Made by a program: the position numbers and the translations under genes
The notes under the pieces: generated by a model
What the model saw: only the letters and a program-made list of their open reading frames with translations
What the model was told of the DNA's origin: nothing
Databases searched by the model: none
Shown: piece after piece, positions 47,556 through 57,404 of the stretch
How the letters are laid out: each line of letters begins with the position of its first letter
Position numbering within the stretch: the first letter of the stretch is position 1
Source of the DNA: Myxococcota bacterium
Lineage (GTDB): Bacteria; Myxococcota_A; UBA9042; PHBI01; JAWLBL01
NCBI GenBank assembly: GCA_041687695.1
Contig: JAWLBL010000015.1
Location: 131,627-195,626 of the forward strand
Length of the DNA: 64,000 nucleotides
Direction of reading: 5' to 3'

Positions 47556-48649
47556 GCTGGCGTGAACCCTTCCGCGACCCCGCCGCGGTCGCCCGGCTGG
47601 GCGACCTCATCGCCCGCACCATCACCCGCCCGTGGACGCTGATGGAGGTCTGCGGCGGCCAGACCCACGCCATCGTCCGCTATGGCCTCGACGCCCTGCT
47701 GCCGCCCGGGGTCACCTTGCTGCACGGGCCGGGCTGCCCGGTGTGCGTCACGCCCATCGAGGTGCTGGACCAGGCGCTGGCCATCGCCCGGCGCCCCGAG
47801 GTCGTCTTCTGCTCGTTCGGCGACATGCTGCGCGTCCCGGGCACGGACGGCGATCTGCTGGCCGCCCGCGCGGCCGGCGCCGACGTGCGCGTCGTCTACT
47901 CGCCCTTGGACGCCGTGGCCCTGGCGGCCCGGCACCCCGATCGGCAGGTCGTCTTCTTCGCCGTCGGCTTCGAGACCACCGCCCCGGCCCACGCCATCGC
48001 GGCGCAGCTGGCCCGCCGCCAGGGCCTGCGCAACTTCTCGCTGCTGGTCTCGCACGTCCTCGTGCCGCCCGCCCTCGAGGCCATCCTGGCCGGCCCCGAG
48101 CGCCGCGTCGACGGCTTCCTGGCGGCCGGCCACGTCTGCACCGTCATGGGCACGGCCGAGTATGCGCCCATCGCCGCCCGCCACCGCGTGCCCATCGTCA
48201 TCACCGGCTTCGAGCCGGTCGACCTCCTGCGCGGCCTGGCGACCTGCCTCGCGCTGCTCGAGGCGGGCCGCGCCGAGGTGGTCAACGCCTACGCGCGCGT
48301 CGCCCCCGACGGCGGCAACCCGGTGGCGCGCGCCGCGGTCGAGCAGGTCTTCGCCGTGCGGACCCGCAAGTGGCGCGGCGTCGGCGCCCTGCCGGCCAGC
48401 GGCCTGGGCCTCGCCCCCGCCTGGGCCGAGCTCGACGCCGCCCTGCGCTTCGGCGTCGCCGACCTGCGCGCCGACGAGCCGGCCGAGTGCCTGGCCGGCC
48501 AGGTCCTGATGGGCGCCCGCCGCCCGCCCGAGTGCCCCGCCTTCGGCACCCGCTGCACCCCCGAGCACCCGCTGGGGGCGCCCATGGTCTCGTCCGAGGG
48601 CGCCTGCGCCGCCTACCACCGCTTCCGCTCCCGCGAGGTCGCCCGATGA
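47552..48649 (+). CDS. hypD: Hydrogenase formation protein HypD
   Basis: [26 protein letters not shown] and PMVSSEGAC. Confidence 0.95.
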   Translation: MSWREPFRDPAAVARLGDLIARTITRPWTLMEVCGGQTHAIVRYGLDALLPPGVTLLHGPGCPVCVTPIEVLDQALAIARRPEVVFCSFGDMLRVPGTDGDLLAARAAGADVRVVYSPLDAVALAARHPDRQVVFFAVGFETTAPAHAIAAQLARRQGLRNFSLLVSHVLVPPALEAILAGPERRVDGFLAAGHVCTVMGTAEYAPIAARHRVPIVITGFEPVDLLRGLATCLALLEAGRAEVVNAYARVAPDGGNPVARAAVEQVFAVRTRKWRGVGALPASGLGLAPAWAELDAALRFGVADLRADEPAECLAGQVLMGARRPPECPAFGTRCTPEHPLGAPMVSSEGACAAYHRFRSREVAR

Positions 48650-49707
48650 GCACCACCGCCCCGTCCGCCTCCACCGCCGCCTGCCCCCTGCCCGCCGCCC
48701 CGGGGCCGCTCGTCGAGCGCGCCCACGGCGGCGGCGGGCGCCGCGCCCGCGTCCTGCTCGAGACCCTGTTCGCGCCGGCCTTCGCCAGCCCCGAGCAGGC
48801 GGTCGACACCGACGCCGCCCTGCTGGACCTGCCGGCGCCCGGGCGGCTGGCGCTGACCACCGACTCCTTCGTGGTCGACCCGCTGTTCTTCCCCGGCGGC
48901 GACATCGGGCGCCTGGCCGTCTATGGCACGGTCAACGATCTGGCCGTCTCGGGCGCCCGGCCGCTGTGGCTCGCCGCCGGCTTCATCGTCGAGGAGGGGC
49001 TGCCGCTCGAGACCCTGCGGCGGGTGGTCGACGCGATGGCCGAGGCGGCCCGCGAGGCGAACGTGCGCGTGGTCACCGGGGACACCAAGGTGGTCCCGCG
49101 CGGGCAGGCCGGCGGCGGGCTGTTCATCAACACCACCGGCGTCGGGCTGGCCGCGCCCGGCTGCGCGCTTGGGCCGGCGGCCATGGCGCCGGGGGACGTG
49201 GTGCTCCTCAGCGGGGACGTGGGGCGCCACGGGGTGGCGGTGATGTCGGTGCGCGAGGGGCTGGCCTTCGAGACGCCGCTGGTCAGCGACTGCGCGCCGC
49301 TCGACCGGGCGTGCGCGGCGCTGCTGCAGGCGGGCATCCCGGTGCGGGTGATGCGCGACCTGACCCGCGGCGGGCTGGCCAGCGCGCTGGTCGAGCTGGC
49401 CGAGGCCTCGGGGCTGGGGCTGCTGCTCGACGAGGCCGCCGTCCCGGTGAGCGCCGAGGTCGGCGCGGCCTGCGAGCTGCTGGGCCTCGACCCGCTGCAC
49501 GTCGCCTGCGAGGGGCGCTTCGTCGCGGTGGTGGCCGCCGACGAGGCCGCGCGCGCCCTGACCGTGCTGCGGCCCCACGCTCCGCGGGCGGCCTGCGTCG
49601 GCAGCGTCACGTCGGCCCACCCGCGGCTGGTCGTCGCGCGGACGGCGCTGGGGACCGAGCGGGTGGTCGACATGCTCAGCGGCGAGCAGCTGCCGCGGAT
49701 CTGCTGA
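48646..49707 (+). CDS. hypE: Carbamoyl dehydratase HypE
   Basis: [31 protein letters not shown] and C-terminal PRIC. Confidence 0.95.
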   Translation: MSTTAPSASTAACPLPAAPGPLVERAHGGGGRRARVLLETLFAPAFASPEQAVDTDAALLDLPAPGRLALTTDSFVVDPLFFPGGDIGRLAVYGTVNDLAVSGARPLWLAAGFIVEEGLPLETLRRVVDAMAEAAREANVRVVTGDTKVVPRGQAGGGLFINTTGVGLAAPGCALGPAAMAPGDVVLLSGDVGRHGVAVMSVREGLAFETPLVSDCAPLDRACAALLQAGIPVRVMRDLTRGGLASALVELAEASGLGLLLDEAAVPVSAEVGAACELLGLDPLHVACEGRFVAVVAADEAARALTVLRPHAPRAACVGSVTSAHPRLVVARTALGTERVVDMLSGEQLPRIC

Positions 49708-49875
49708 GGCGCCGGCGGCAACGCGCCTTGGTCTGCGGGGCGGCGCGACGCTATGCGACCCGTGGCTCGCGGGGGCGCCGGGGCGGTCCTAGGCTACGCA
49801 CACCCCCCGACCCGCAACCACGGGGCGTGCCGTGGGCGCGCCCAATGCCACGCCATTGCCAAGGAGAGTGCCACC

Positions 49876-50322
49876 ATGGCCATCACCCGTTGGGACCCCT
49901 TCCGCGAGCTGGACCTGTTCTCGAGGCGGCTCGGTGACCTCATGAACATGGGCCAGCGCGGCGGCGAAGGCCGCGACCAGCTCTCGGCCGCCGACTGGTA
50001 TCCGACCGTCGACATCGCCGAGACCAAGGAGGAGTACCTCATCACGGCCGAGCTGCCCGGGGTCAAGAAGGACGACATCACCATCGACGTCGACAAGGGC
50101 GTCCTGACCCTGCGGGGCGAGCGCAAGAGCGAGCACGAGGAGAAGCGCGACCGCATCCACCGCATCGAGCGCTCCTACGGGCAGTTCGTCCGGTCGTTCT
50201 CGCTGCCCGAGAACGTCAACGAGGACATGGTGAAGGCCGAGTACAAGGACGGGCTGCTGAAGGTCCACCTGGGCAAGCAGGAGCGCAAGAACGGCAAGGG
50301 GCGCCGCATCGACATCAAGTGA
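49876..50322 (+). CDS. Hsp20/alpha-crystallin small heat-shock protein
   Basis: RWDPFRE, PTVDIAE, ELPG, ERSYGQFVRSFSLP and YKDGLL; AAGGAG RBS. Confidence 0.93.
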   Translation: MAITRWDPFRELDLFSRRLGDLMNMGQRGGEGRDQLSAADWYPTVDIAETKEEYLITAELPGVKKDDITIDVDKGVLTLRGERKSEHEEKRDRIHRIERSYGQFVRSFSLPENVNEDMVKAEYKDGLLKVHLGKQERKNGKGRRIDIK

Positions 50323-50404
50323 GCGAAGCGGCCCGAAGGACGCGACCGGGGGCGGCCCGCCACGACGGCGGCCGCTCGCCCGGCCCGAGTCGCCGTGATG
50401 CCCG

Positions 50405-50926
50405 CTAGAGCTCGAGCGCGACGGCCACACCCTGCACGGCCGAGGCGATGCGGATGGCGTCGTGGATCTGCGCCTCGGTCGCGCCCAGCTCGCGCAAGGC
50501 GCGCTCGTGGAACTGCACGCACCACCCGCAGCGGCCGATGGTGCTGACCGCCAGCAGCATCAGCTCGAAGTCCACCTTGTCGCTCGCGATGCGCCCCAGG
50601 CGGCTCATCCGCAGGTTGGGCCGCAGCTGCGCGTAGCTCTCGCGCTCCACCAGATGTCGGAAGCCGTAGTAGACGTTGTTCTGGGCCATCATCACCGCCG
50701 CCCCGCGCGCGTCGGACAGGGTGTCGGCGCCGACCACGTCCTGCGCCCCCTGCAGCACCGCCGCCTTGAGCGCCGGGTTGCGGGCCGCGTAGGCGCAGGC
50801 CAGGGCGACGCCCCAGCGCTGGTTCACCGTCAGGTTGGGCGCCTCCAGCACGGCCGGCAGGTTCTGGCGCACGTCGTTGGCTTCCTCGGGCAGTCGCTCG
50901 AGCAGGGCTTGCAGGGTCGTCGTCAT
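50405..50926 (-). CDS. ahpD: Alkyl hydroperoxide reductase AhpD
   Basis: MMAQNNVYYGFRH, LRM, FEL..LAVS and CGWCVQFH. Confidence 0.85.
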   Translation of the reverse strand: MTTTLQALLERLPEEANDVRQNLPAVLEAPNLTVNQRWGVALACAYAARNPALKAAVLQGAQDVVGADTLSDARGAAVMMAQNNVYYGFRHLVERESYAQLRPNLRMSRLGRIASDKVDFELMLLAVSTIGRCGWCVQFHERALRELGATEAQIHDAIRIASAVQGVAVALEL

Positions 50927-50998
50927 GAGGGGTCTCCTTGACCGGGGGGCACGGCGTGACGGCCGAGCGCTTCGGTCGCAGCGTGTCTCATGCCCCTA

Positions 50999-51015
50999 GG
51001 CAAGGGCCGTGCCAG
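50999..51015 (-). promoter_or_regulatory. Candidate sigma54 promoter of ahpD
   Basis: Minus strand CTGGCACG-GCCC-TTGC, a match to the -24/-12 consensus core. Confidence 0.7.
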
Positions 51016-51175
51016 GGCCGGGACCCGAGGCTCTCCGGGCCGGCTCGCCCGCCCGGTGGCGCCCGGTTGCGCCATCCGGCCCACCCGACCGGGCCGGCGC
51101 CCACACCCGAGCGCCGGCCCACGCGGAGGCGCCGTCAGTAGAGGGTGTAGTATTGATGCCGGCTGAGGCGGCCAT

Positions 51176-51673
51176 GGAGTGCTCCGGCTTGCCGGAGCCC
51201 CGGCCCCGGCGGCTTGCCGCCGGGATCTGGCCGCCAAACCCGTCGCAGCAAGCTGCGCCGGATGGGGGCTCCACCAAGGTGGAGCACTCCGGTTGGGCTG
51301 GTGCGTCGGTGGCGGCGGCCCTGGAGGGCTCCGGCTTGCCGGAGCCCCGGCCCCGGCGGCTTGCCGCCGGGATCTGGCCGCCAACCCCGGCGCAGCAAGC
51401 TGCGCCGGATGGGGGCTCCACCAAGGTGGAGCACTCCGGTTGGCCCTTCTGCGACACCCTCTGGAAGCCGGCGGTCCCAGGGGGGGCGGGGCCGAAGATG
51501 GCGGTGAGGTCGGCCGGCTGGAAGAGGGTGTCGTATTGATGCCGGCCGAGGCGGCCCTGGAGTGCTCCGGCTTGCCGGAGCCCCGGCCCCGGCGGCTTGC
51601 CGCCGGGATCTGGCCGCCAAACCCGGCGCAGCAAGCTGCGCCGGATGGGGGCTCCACCAAGGTGGAGCACTCC
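51176..51673. repeat. Three 115-bp REPIN-like elements (51176-51290, 51323-51437, 51559-51673)
   Basis: Terminal IR GGAGTGCTCC...GGAGCACTCC enclosing four hairpins; near-identical copies. Confidence 0.88.
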
Positions 51674-51694
51674 GGTTGGGCTCTTGCGACACCG

Positions 51695-52867
51695 TCAGTA
51701 GCCGGCGCAGTCGACCATCTGCACGTCGTACGAGAAGGGCTGGGGAACGCCCGAGACCGAGACCCGATAGGTCTTGCCGGCGGTGGCCTTCCAGCCCGAC
51801 GGGACGAAGGACAGGCCGTACTTGCTGCCGTAGTTGGCGCTCAGGGTGCGCTTGGACACGGGCAGCGAGGCGCCGCCCGAGGTGACCTTCACGGTGGCCT
51901 TGGACAGATCGATGGAGTCGCTCTGGATGGACCAGCCGGTGCTGTCCAGCGAGGTGGAGCCGCCTGCGGTCATGGCGTGGACCGGGAAGACGCCCTCGGC
52001 CGGCCAGGCCGTCCAGTCGCGGCCGGCGGAGCCCGCGCCACCCAGGACCCACATGCACGAGTAGTCGCCGGTCGAGCCGATGCCGATGGGGCCGAGGCGG
52101 TTGGAGAGGATGTAGCGGCGGTGGCCGAGCGTAGCGGCGTTGTTGGAGCCGGGGTCCAGCATGTACAGGTCGACCGCGCGGACGGCGCCGGTGGTGGCGA
52201 CGTTGCTCTTTCCGGCGGCCGCGGCGCCAGCGCTGTTGTAACAAGGCGTCGAGGTGCTGGGCGTGTGGGTGATCCGATTCCCGGCGTCCATGATGAGGGC
52301 GCAGGCCTGCGCGTCCTTGTTGCGCGTGGCGTCGGTGGTGACCGCCGGCAGGTCCGCGAGCGAGCGGTACAGGTTCACCAGCTTCAGCGCGTTGGAGCGG
52401 CCCGAGCCCGCGATGTCGCCGGCGCTGCAGGTGTTGGTGCTGCCGCTCCAGGAGCCCTCGGACAGGTCGGCGCGGGCGGCGTTCCATTGGCGGCAGACGT
52501 TGGCGACCTCGGAGCTGGGCGGCGGCGGTGAGGGAGGCGTCGGGGTGACCACGTCGTCGCCGCCGTCGTCCGCGGGGGGATCGTCGGGGGGCGTGGGGTC
52601 GTCAGGCGGAGGCTTGGGCTTCGAGGGCGTCTCGTCCGAGGGGTCTTCGGTCTGCTCGGAGGGGTCCAGCGGCTCGACGGCGCCGGTGTAGTCGTCGTCA
52701 CAGGCGACGAGGGCGAGGCTGAAGAGGGTGAGGATCGAGATGGCCAGGCGAGCGGTGGTCGAACGCACGGGGGCTCCAGGTGGGGCCGCCGCGGGGGCGC
52801 CAGGGGAGGGGCGCGCCGCCGCCGGCGGGCGTGTGGAGAGCCCAAGCGTGTGAAATGATTGAGTCAT
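51695..52867 (-). CDS. CAP (SCP-like) domain lipoprotein
   Basis: Lipobox LVA-C, Pro/Asp linker, LVNLYRSLADL, ITH and GHRRYIL; true start may be downstream. Confidence 0.78.
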   Translation of the reverse strand: MTQSFHTLGLSTRPPAAARPSPGAPAAAPPGAPVRSTTARLAISILTLFSLALVACDDDYTGAVEPLDPSEQTEDPSDETPSKPKPPPDDPTPPDDPPADDGGDDVVTPTPPSPPPPSSEVANVCRQWNAARADLSEGSWSGSTNTCSAGDIAGSGRSNALKLVNLYRSLADLPAVTTDATRNKDAQACALIMDAGNRITHTPSTSTPCYNSAGAAAAGKSNVATTGAVRAVDLYMLDPGSNNAATLGHRRYILSNRLGPIGIGSTGDYSCMWVLGGAGSAGRDWTAWPAEGVFPVHAMTAGGSTSLDSTGWSIQSDSIDLSKATVKVTSGGASLPVSKRTLSANYGSKYGLSFVPSGWKATAGKTYRVSVSGVPQPFSYDVQMVDCAGY

Positions 52868-52892
52868 TCCCCGCAGGCGGGGAGGGGTCGGC

Positions 52893-53564
52893 TCAGAGGC
52901 CGAGGAAGCGGCGCCAGTCGAGGGCGCGGAGCTCGCCGCGGGCCTCGTTGGCGACGGCGACGATCACCCAGCGGCCGCCGGGCGTGGTGTAGACGCCGTC
53001 GAGGCGCCACTCGCCCTCGCGCTCGCTGGGCGGCTCGAGGGTGAAGACCCGCGCCGCGGCGTAGCCGGGGGCGCGCAGCATGACGTCGCGGGTGCCCGGG
53101 GGCTGGGTGAAGGCCAGCTCGGCGCCCGGGGCGGGGCGGGCGAGGTAGCCGCCCTCGATGGGGTCGCCGGCGTCGCAGCGGAGCAGGGCTTCAGAGGTGA
53201 CGAGGGCGTTGATGTCGGGCAGGCGGGCCTGCACGGCGGCGCGGACCTGCTGCTCGAGGGGTGGGCGGCCCTCGGCGGCGGCGGCATCGACGACCTCGAG
53301 GACCTCGCCGGCTTCACCGGTGGCGGCGGCGTAGCGGAGGACGGCGACGCGGGCGGCGGTCGGGGCCTCGTCGGGGCCGGCGGGGCCGAAGGTGGTCGTC
53401 TGGTCCAGCATGTAGACGGTGGACTGATCGGGCGTGAAGCCGATGCAGGGGCCGGCGGCGGCGTAGGGAGGCGCGGGGGGCGGCGGGCCGGCGTCGCCGA
53501 TGCGGGGCGGGGCGCTGCAGGCGGCGAGGGCCAGGGCGGCGAAGGCGGGGGGGAGGAGGCGCAT
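52893..53564 (-). CDS. Hypothetical lipoprotein
   Basis: Lipobox LAA-C, AGGAG RBS and typical codon bias. Confidence 0.6.
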   Translation of the reverse strand: MRLLPPAFAALALAACSAPPRIGDAGPPPPAPPYAAAGPCIGFTPDQSTVYMLDQTTTFGPAGPDEAPTAARVAVLRYAAATGEAGEVLEVVDAAAAEGRPPLEQQVRAAVQARLPDINALVTSEALLRCDAGDPIEGGYLARPAPGAELAFTQPPGTRDVMLRAPGYAAARVFTLEPPSEREGEWRLDGVYTTPGGRWVIVAVANEARGELRALDWRRFLGL

Positions 53565-53687
53565 GGGGGCTCCTGGGGGCGCGGAGTGGGGGAGGGCGAC
53601 GGGAGGGTAGCGGGGCGGGGGCGGGCGGGCAACGCGGCGGGCGGACGGCGGATTGCGCTGGCGGCGCGGGGTGGGCTATGACGGGCC

Positions 53688-54527
53688 ATGGCCGGTGACG
53701 CCCTGCTGAGACAGCTGCTCGCGTGTGTGGAGGCCGGGACGCCGTGCGCGACGGCGACCATCGTGGCCAGCAAGGGGTCCGTCCCGAACGAGGTCGGGGC
53801 CAAGATGCTGGTCGGGGCCGGCGGGGCGCTGCTGGGCGGGACGGTGGGCGGCGGGGCCATCGAGCACCGGGTGCTGGCGCTGGCGGGGCAGGCGCTGGCC
53901 GAGGGGCGCAGCCGGCTGGTCGAGGCGCGGCTGACGGAGGCCGAGGCCGGGGGCATCGGGATGATGTGCGGGGGGCAGGTGCAGGTCTTCGTCGAGGTGC
54001 ATCGGCCGCCGCCGCGGCTGGTGCTGCTGGGGGCCGGCCACATCAACGTGCAGCTGGCGCGGCTGGGCGAGCCGCTGGGCTTTCGGGTGACGGTGGTCGA
54101 CGACCGCGAGGACTGGGCCAGCGCCGAGCTGTACCCGAAGGCGGAGCGGGTGGTGGCGCGGCCCGAGGAGGCGCTGGCCGGGCTGGGGCTGGACCGCGAG
54201 AGCTACGTGGTCATCGGAACGCGCGACCGAGACGCCGAGGCGCTGGTGGCGGCGGCCCGGACGGCGGCCTGCTACATCGGGCTGGTCGCCAGCAAGCGCA
54301 AGGCGATCCGCATCGTCAAGGAGGTCGCGGACCGCGTGGATCTCGACGCGCTGGTGCCGCGGCTGCGGTCGCCCGTGGGGCTGGATCTCGGGGGGCGCTC
54401 GCCCGAGGCCATCGCGTTGAGCGTGATGGCCGAGATCCAGGCGCACCGACATGGCCGTGACGGGCGGCCGATGACCGTCGACCCGGAGCGCCTGTGGGAG
54501 CTGCTGCCCGCGACTGCGCGGCGCTGA
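53688..54527 (+). CDS. xdhC: XdhC/CoxI family molybdoenzyme chaperone
   Basis: GSVP..GAKM, GTVGGG, MCGG, GAGHI, VVDDR, YIGL..S and PVGLDLG..PEAIALS. Confidence 0.9.
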   Translation: MAGDALLRQLLACVEAGTPCATATIVASKGSVPNEVGAKMLVGAGGALLGGTVGGGAIEHRVLALAGQALAEGRSRLVEARLTEAEAGGIGMMCGGQVQVFVEVHRPPPRLVLLGAGHINVQLARLGEPLGFRVTVVDDREDWASAELYPKAERVVARPEEALAGLGLDRESYVVIGTRDRDAEALVAAARTAACYIGLVASKRKAIRIVKEVADRVDLDALVPRLRSPVGLDLGGRSPEAIALSVMAEIQAHRHGRDGRPMTVDPERLWELLPATARR

Positions 54528-55108
54528 TCACCGCCGCCGGGCGCTCCGAGCGGATGGGGCGGCCCAAGGCCCTGCTCGCCTGGGGCGGCCGCACGCTGCT
54601 GGCGCATCAGTGCCAGGTCCTGAGCGAGGCGCCGGCCGCCTTCGGGCAGGTCGTGGTCGTCCTGGGGCACGACGCGGACCGGCTGCGCGCCGAGGCCGGC
54701 CTGCCGCCACGGGTCGAGGTCGTGGTCAACGCGCGCTGGGCCGAGGGCCGCAGCGCCTCGCTCGAGGCCGGCGCGGCGGCCATCGCCCCGGACCGGCAGG
54801 CCGTGCTCGTCGCCGCGGTCGACCAGCCGCTCGAGCGCTCGGTGGTGCAGGCGCTGCTCGTCGCCTTCGACCCGGCGACCCACGCCGCCGCGGTCCCGAC
54901 CTTCGACGGCCGCCGCGGACACCCCCTGCTGCTGTCCGCCCGCCTGCTGCCCGACCTCGCCCGCGTCTCCGCCCTGGCCGAAGGCCTGCGCACCCTGGTC
55001 CGCGCCCACGCCGCCGCCACCCTGTTCGTCCCGGTCGCCTCCCCGTCGATTCACCTCGACCTCAACACCCCCGAGGCCCTGGCCCAGGCCCGCTCCGAGC
55101 GACGGTGA
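54494..55108 (+). CDS. mocA: Molybdenum cofactor cytidylyltransferase (MocA-like)
   Basis: AAGRSERMGRPKALL, N..W..G..SL, DQP, GHP and DLNTPE. Confidence 0.82.
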   Translation: MGAAARDCAALITAAGRSERMGRPKALLAWGGRTLLAHQCQVLSEAPAAFGQVVVVLGHDADRLRAEAGLPPRVEVVVNARWAEGRSASLEAGAAAIAPDRQAVLVAAVDQPLERSVVQALLVAFDPATHAAAVPTFDGRRGHPLLLSARLLPDLARVSALAEGLRTLVRAHAAATLFVPVASPSIHLDLNTPEALAQARSERR

Positions 55109-55177
55109 GTCCCGGTCAGGTGCGTTTGCGGGCTCGGGTGGCTATCCTTTCGTCGCGACCCCGACCGTGGAGACCCC

Positions 55178-55789
55178 ATGAGCACGCACCCCGATTTCCA
55201 CCGCCGGCCCGCGAACTACGAAGATCTGAAAGGCGTCCCCGATCACCTGGTCGCGGAGCTCGTCGATGGCGAGTTGATCGTGAGCCCCCGCCCGGCGCTA
55301 CCGCACGCGCAGGCGAGCTCGGTGATCGGCAGCGACCTCCTCTCTGCGTTCCACCGTCGCGCTGGAGGCCCCGGTGGGCCCGGCGGCTGGTGGATTCTGG
55401 ACGAACCCGAGCTGCACTTCGGGCGTGACGTCCTCGTGCCCGACCTGGCCGGCTGGCGCCGTGAGCGCTTGCCGCGCGTCCCTGACGAAGCGTTCATGAC
55501 GCTCGCCCCCGACTGGGTCTGCGAGGTGGTCTCGCCCTCGACCGTCCGCCTCGACCGCGTCCGCAAGACGCATGTGTATGCGCGTGAAGGCGTTCGCCAT
55601 CTGTGGCTGGTCGACCCAATCGCCCGCACCGTCGAGGTGTACCGACTCGAGGGCGAGCACTACTCGCTCCAGGGCGTCCTGACCGACGAACCCACCGCGC
55701 GCATCGAGCCGTTCGAGACGGTCGCGCTGTACCTGCCGCGGTGGTGGGGCGAGGACGGCGAGCCGCCCGAAGAGGCACCCGCGGACTGA
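55178..55789 (+). CDS. Uma2 (DUF820) family endonuclease-like protein
   Basis: ELVDGEL..P.P..H, VPDLAGWR, PDWVCEVVSPST and K..YAREGV..WLVDP. Confidence 0.9.
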   Translation: MSTHPDFHRRPANYEDLKGVPDHLVAELVDGELIVSPRPALPHAQASSVIGSDLLSAFHRRAGGPGGPGGWWILDEPELHFGRDVLVPDLAGWRRERLPRVPDEAFMTLAPDWVCEVVSPSTVRLDRVRKTHVYAREGVRHLWLVDPIARTVEVYRLEGEHYSLQGVLTDEPTARIEPFETVALYLPRWWGEDGEPPEEAPAD

Positions 55790-55790
55790 C

Positions 55791-56477
55791 TCAGACGGCC
55801 TCGGCCGCCAGCGGCGCCGCCGGCCGCATCCAGTCGCGCCAGGGGCCCTGCAGCGTCAGCACCTGAGCGGCGAGTCGCTCGAGGTCCGGGTCGACGATGC
55901 CGTGCGCCAGCAGCGTCGCGCGCACGTCCTCGAGGTAGCGCAGGCCCAGCGGCCGCGGCTGGGCCACCCGCGGAGTGGCGGCGGCCAGGATGGCGGCGCG
56001 ATCGGCCAGCGGCACCGACGCCGGCAGGTGCCAGCGCGCGTCGGGCGCCTCGTTGGACAGCCAGGTCCACGCCGTCAGCGCCGGGCCGCCGCCCAGTGGC
56101 TCGACCCGCACCTCGGCCCGCACGTAGCCGCAGTCCTCGAGCCGCGCCTCGGGGTCATAGCCCTCGCGCGCGTCGGTCGCGGCCAGCACCTCGCCGGCCA
56201 GCGTGGCCGGATAACTCAGCACCAGCCCCACCATCGCGGACCCGGCGGCGACCTCGGTCCCCAGGGCCAGCGAGTCGCGATGCCCGCCCCGCTCGAACCC
56301 CAGCGGGCCAGCCGCGGCGCACGCCACCTCGGCCCGGCACCCGCGCGCCGCGCTGCGCTTGTTGAAGGCCCGCCGCACCCCTCTCAGCCGCGCCGGCGTC
56401 CGCACGGCCACCGCCTCGGGCCGCTCGGGGTGCGACATCAAGGACCCATAACCGAACAGATGTACCAGCGCGCTCAT
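55791..56477 (-). CDS. Gamma-glutamylcyclotransferase (ChaC-like) protein
   Basis: LFGYGSLM, RRAFN, DAREGY and YL motifs. Confidence 0.6.
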   Translation of the reverse strand: MSALVHLFGYGSLMSHPERPEAVAVRTPARLRGVRRAFNKRSAARGCRAEVACAAAGPLGFERGGHRDSLALGTEVAAGSAMVGLVLSYPATLAGEVLAATDAREGYDPEARLEDCGYVRAEVRVEPLGGGPALTAWTWLSNEAPDARWHLPASVPLADRAAILAAATPRVAQPRPLGLRYLEDVRATLLAHGIVDPDLERLAAQVLTLQGPWRDWMRPAAPLAAEAV

Positions 56478-56528
56478 GGACAGGCACCCTGCCACGCCCC
56501 GCCGGGTCGACCAAGGCCGCGGCGACCG

Positions 56529-57404
56529 TCAGGCGCCGCCGGCCAGGACCCGCAGGAACTGCTCGAGCAGGTTGCCGGTCACCTCGGCCCGGTACTCGCG
56601 GGTCGAGCGGATGTCGTCGATGGGCGTCGCCTCGGTCAGGATGGCGGCGCGCGCGGCGTGGGCCAGGGTCGCGTCGGACAGGCGGCGGCCGGTCAGGACG
56701 GCCTCGGTGGCCGGGCAGCGCAGCGGGACGGGCGCGACCGAGCCCAGGCCGATGCGCACCTCGGCGATGAGGTCGCCTTGCAGGCGCGCGGCGCCGGCGA
56801 AGCACACCTTGCTGATGGACTGGGCCTTGCGCGTCCCGACCTTGCGGTAGCAGTGCACCCAGCCGGGGGCGGCGTGGCGCGGCAGGTGGACGGCCGTCAG
56901 CAGCTCGTCCGGCGCGCGGTCCATCTGCTTGTAGCCGCGGTGAAAGGCGGCGTAGGGGACGCGCCGCGTGCCGCGGACCGAGGCCAGCTCGACCTCGGCG
57001 CCGTAGGCCAGCAGCGCGGGCGGGGTGTCGGCGGCCGGCGAGGCGTTGACGATGTTGCCGCCGACCGTGCCGCGGTTCTGGATGGCCGCCGCGCCGGTCT
57101 CGCGCGCGGCGAGGCCCAGCATCGGAAGCTCGGCGGCGAGCACCGGGTGCGCCAGCACGTCGGCATAGGTCGTCAGCGCGCCCAGCGTCACCGCGTCGTC
57201 GGAGACCGTGACGCCCCGCAGCTCGCGCAGGCCCCAGATGTTCAAGAAGCGGCCCGGCGGCAGGTGCCCGGCCTCGAGCAACACCATCAGATCCGTCCCG
57301 CCGGCCAGCGGGCGCAGCGCGGCGCCCTCGGCGTGCAGGCGCTCGAGCGCCCCGGCCAGGTCGGTCGCGGTCTCGACGTCGTACGAGGGGACGTGGGCTC
57401 TCAT
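56529..57404 (-). CDS. Xanthine-dehydrogenase-family FAD-binding subunit
   Basis: LAGGTDL, IQNRGTVGGNIVNASPAAD and KVGTRKAQ. Confidence 0.9.
   Translation of the reverse strand: MRAHVPSYDVETATDLAGALERLHAEGAALRPLAGGTDLMVLLEAGHLPPGRFLNIWGLRELRGVTVSDDAVTLGALTTYADVLAHPVLAAELPMLGLAARETGAAAIQNRGTVGGNIVNASPAADTPPALLAYGAEVELASVRGTRRVPYAAFHRGYKQMDRAPDELLTAVHLPRHAAPGWVHCYRKVGTRKAQSISKVCFAGAARLQGDLIAEVRIGLGSVAPVPLRCPATEAVLTGRRLSDATLAHAARAAILTEATPIDDIRSTREYRAEVTGNLLEQFLRVLAGGA

Noticed and set aside
51176..51673. Possible CRISPR array or repeat-protein ORFs (50923..51660, 50996..51670)
   Set aside because: The 115-bp palindromic units fall in different frames, so the ORFs are read-through of non-coding repeats.
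55178..55789. Uma2 as a defence-system or mobile-element marker
   Set aside because: A solitary gene with no methylase, partner or flanking repeats seen; the family is commonly multi-copy.
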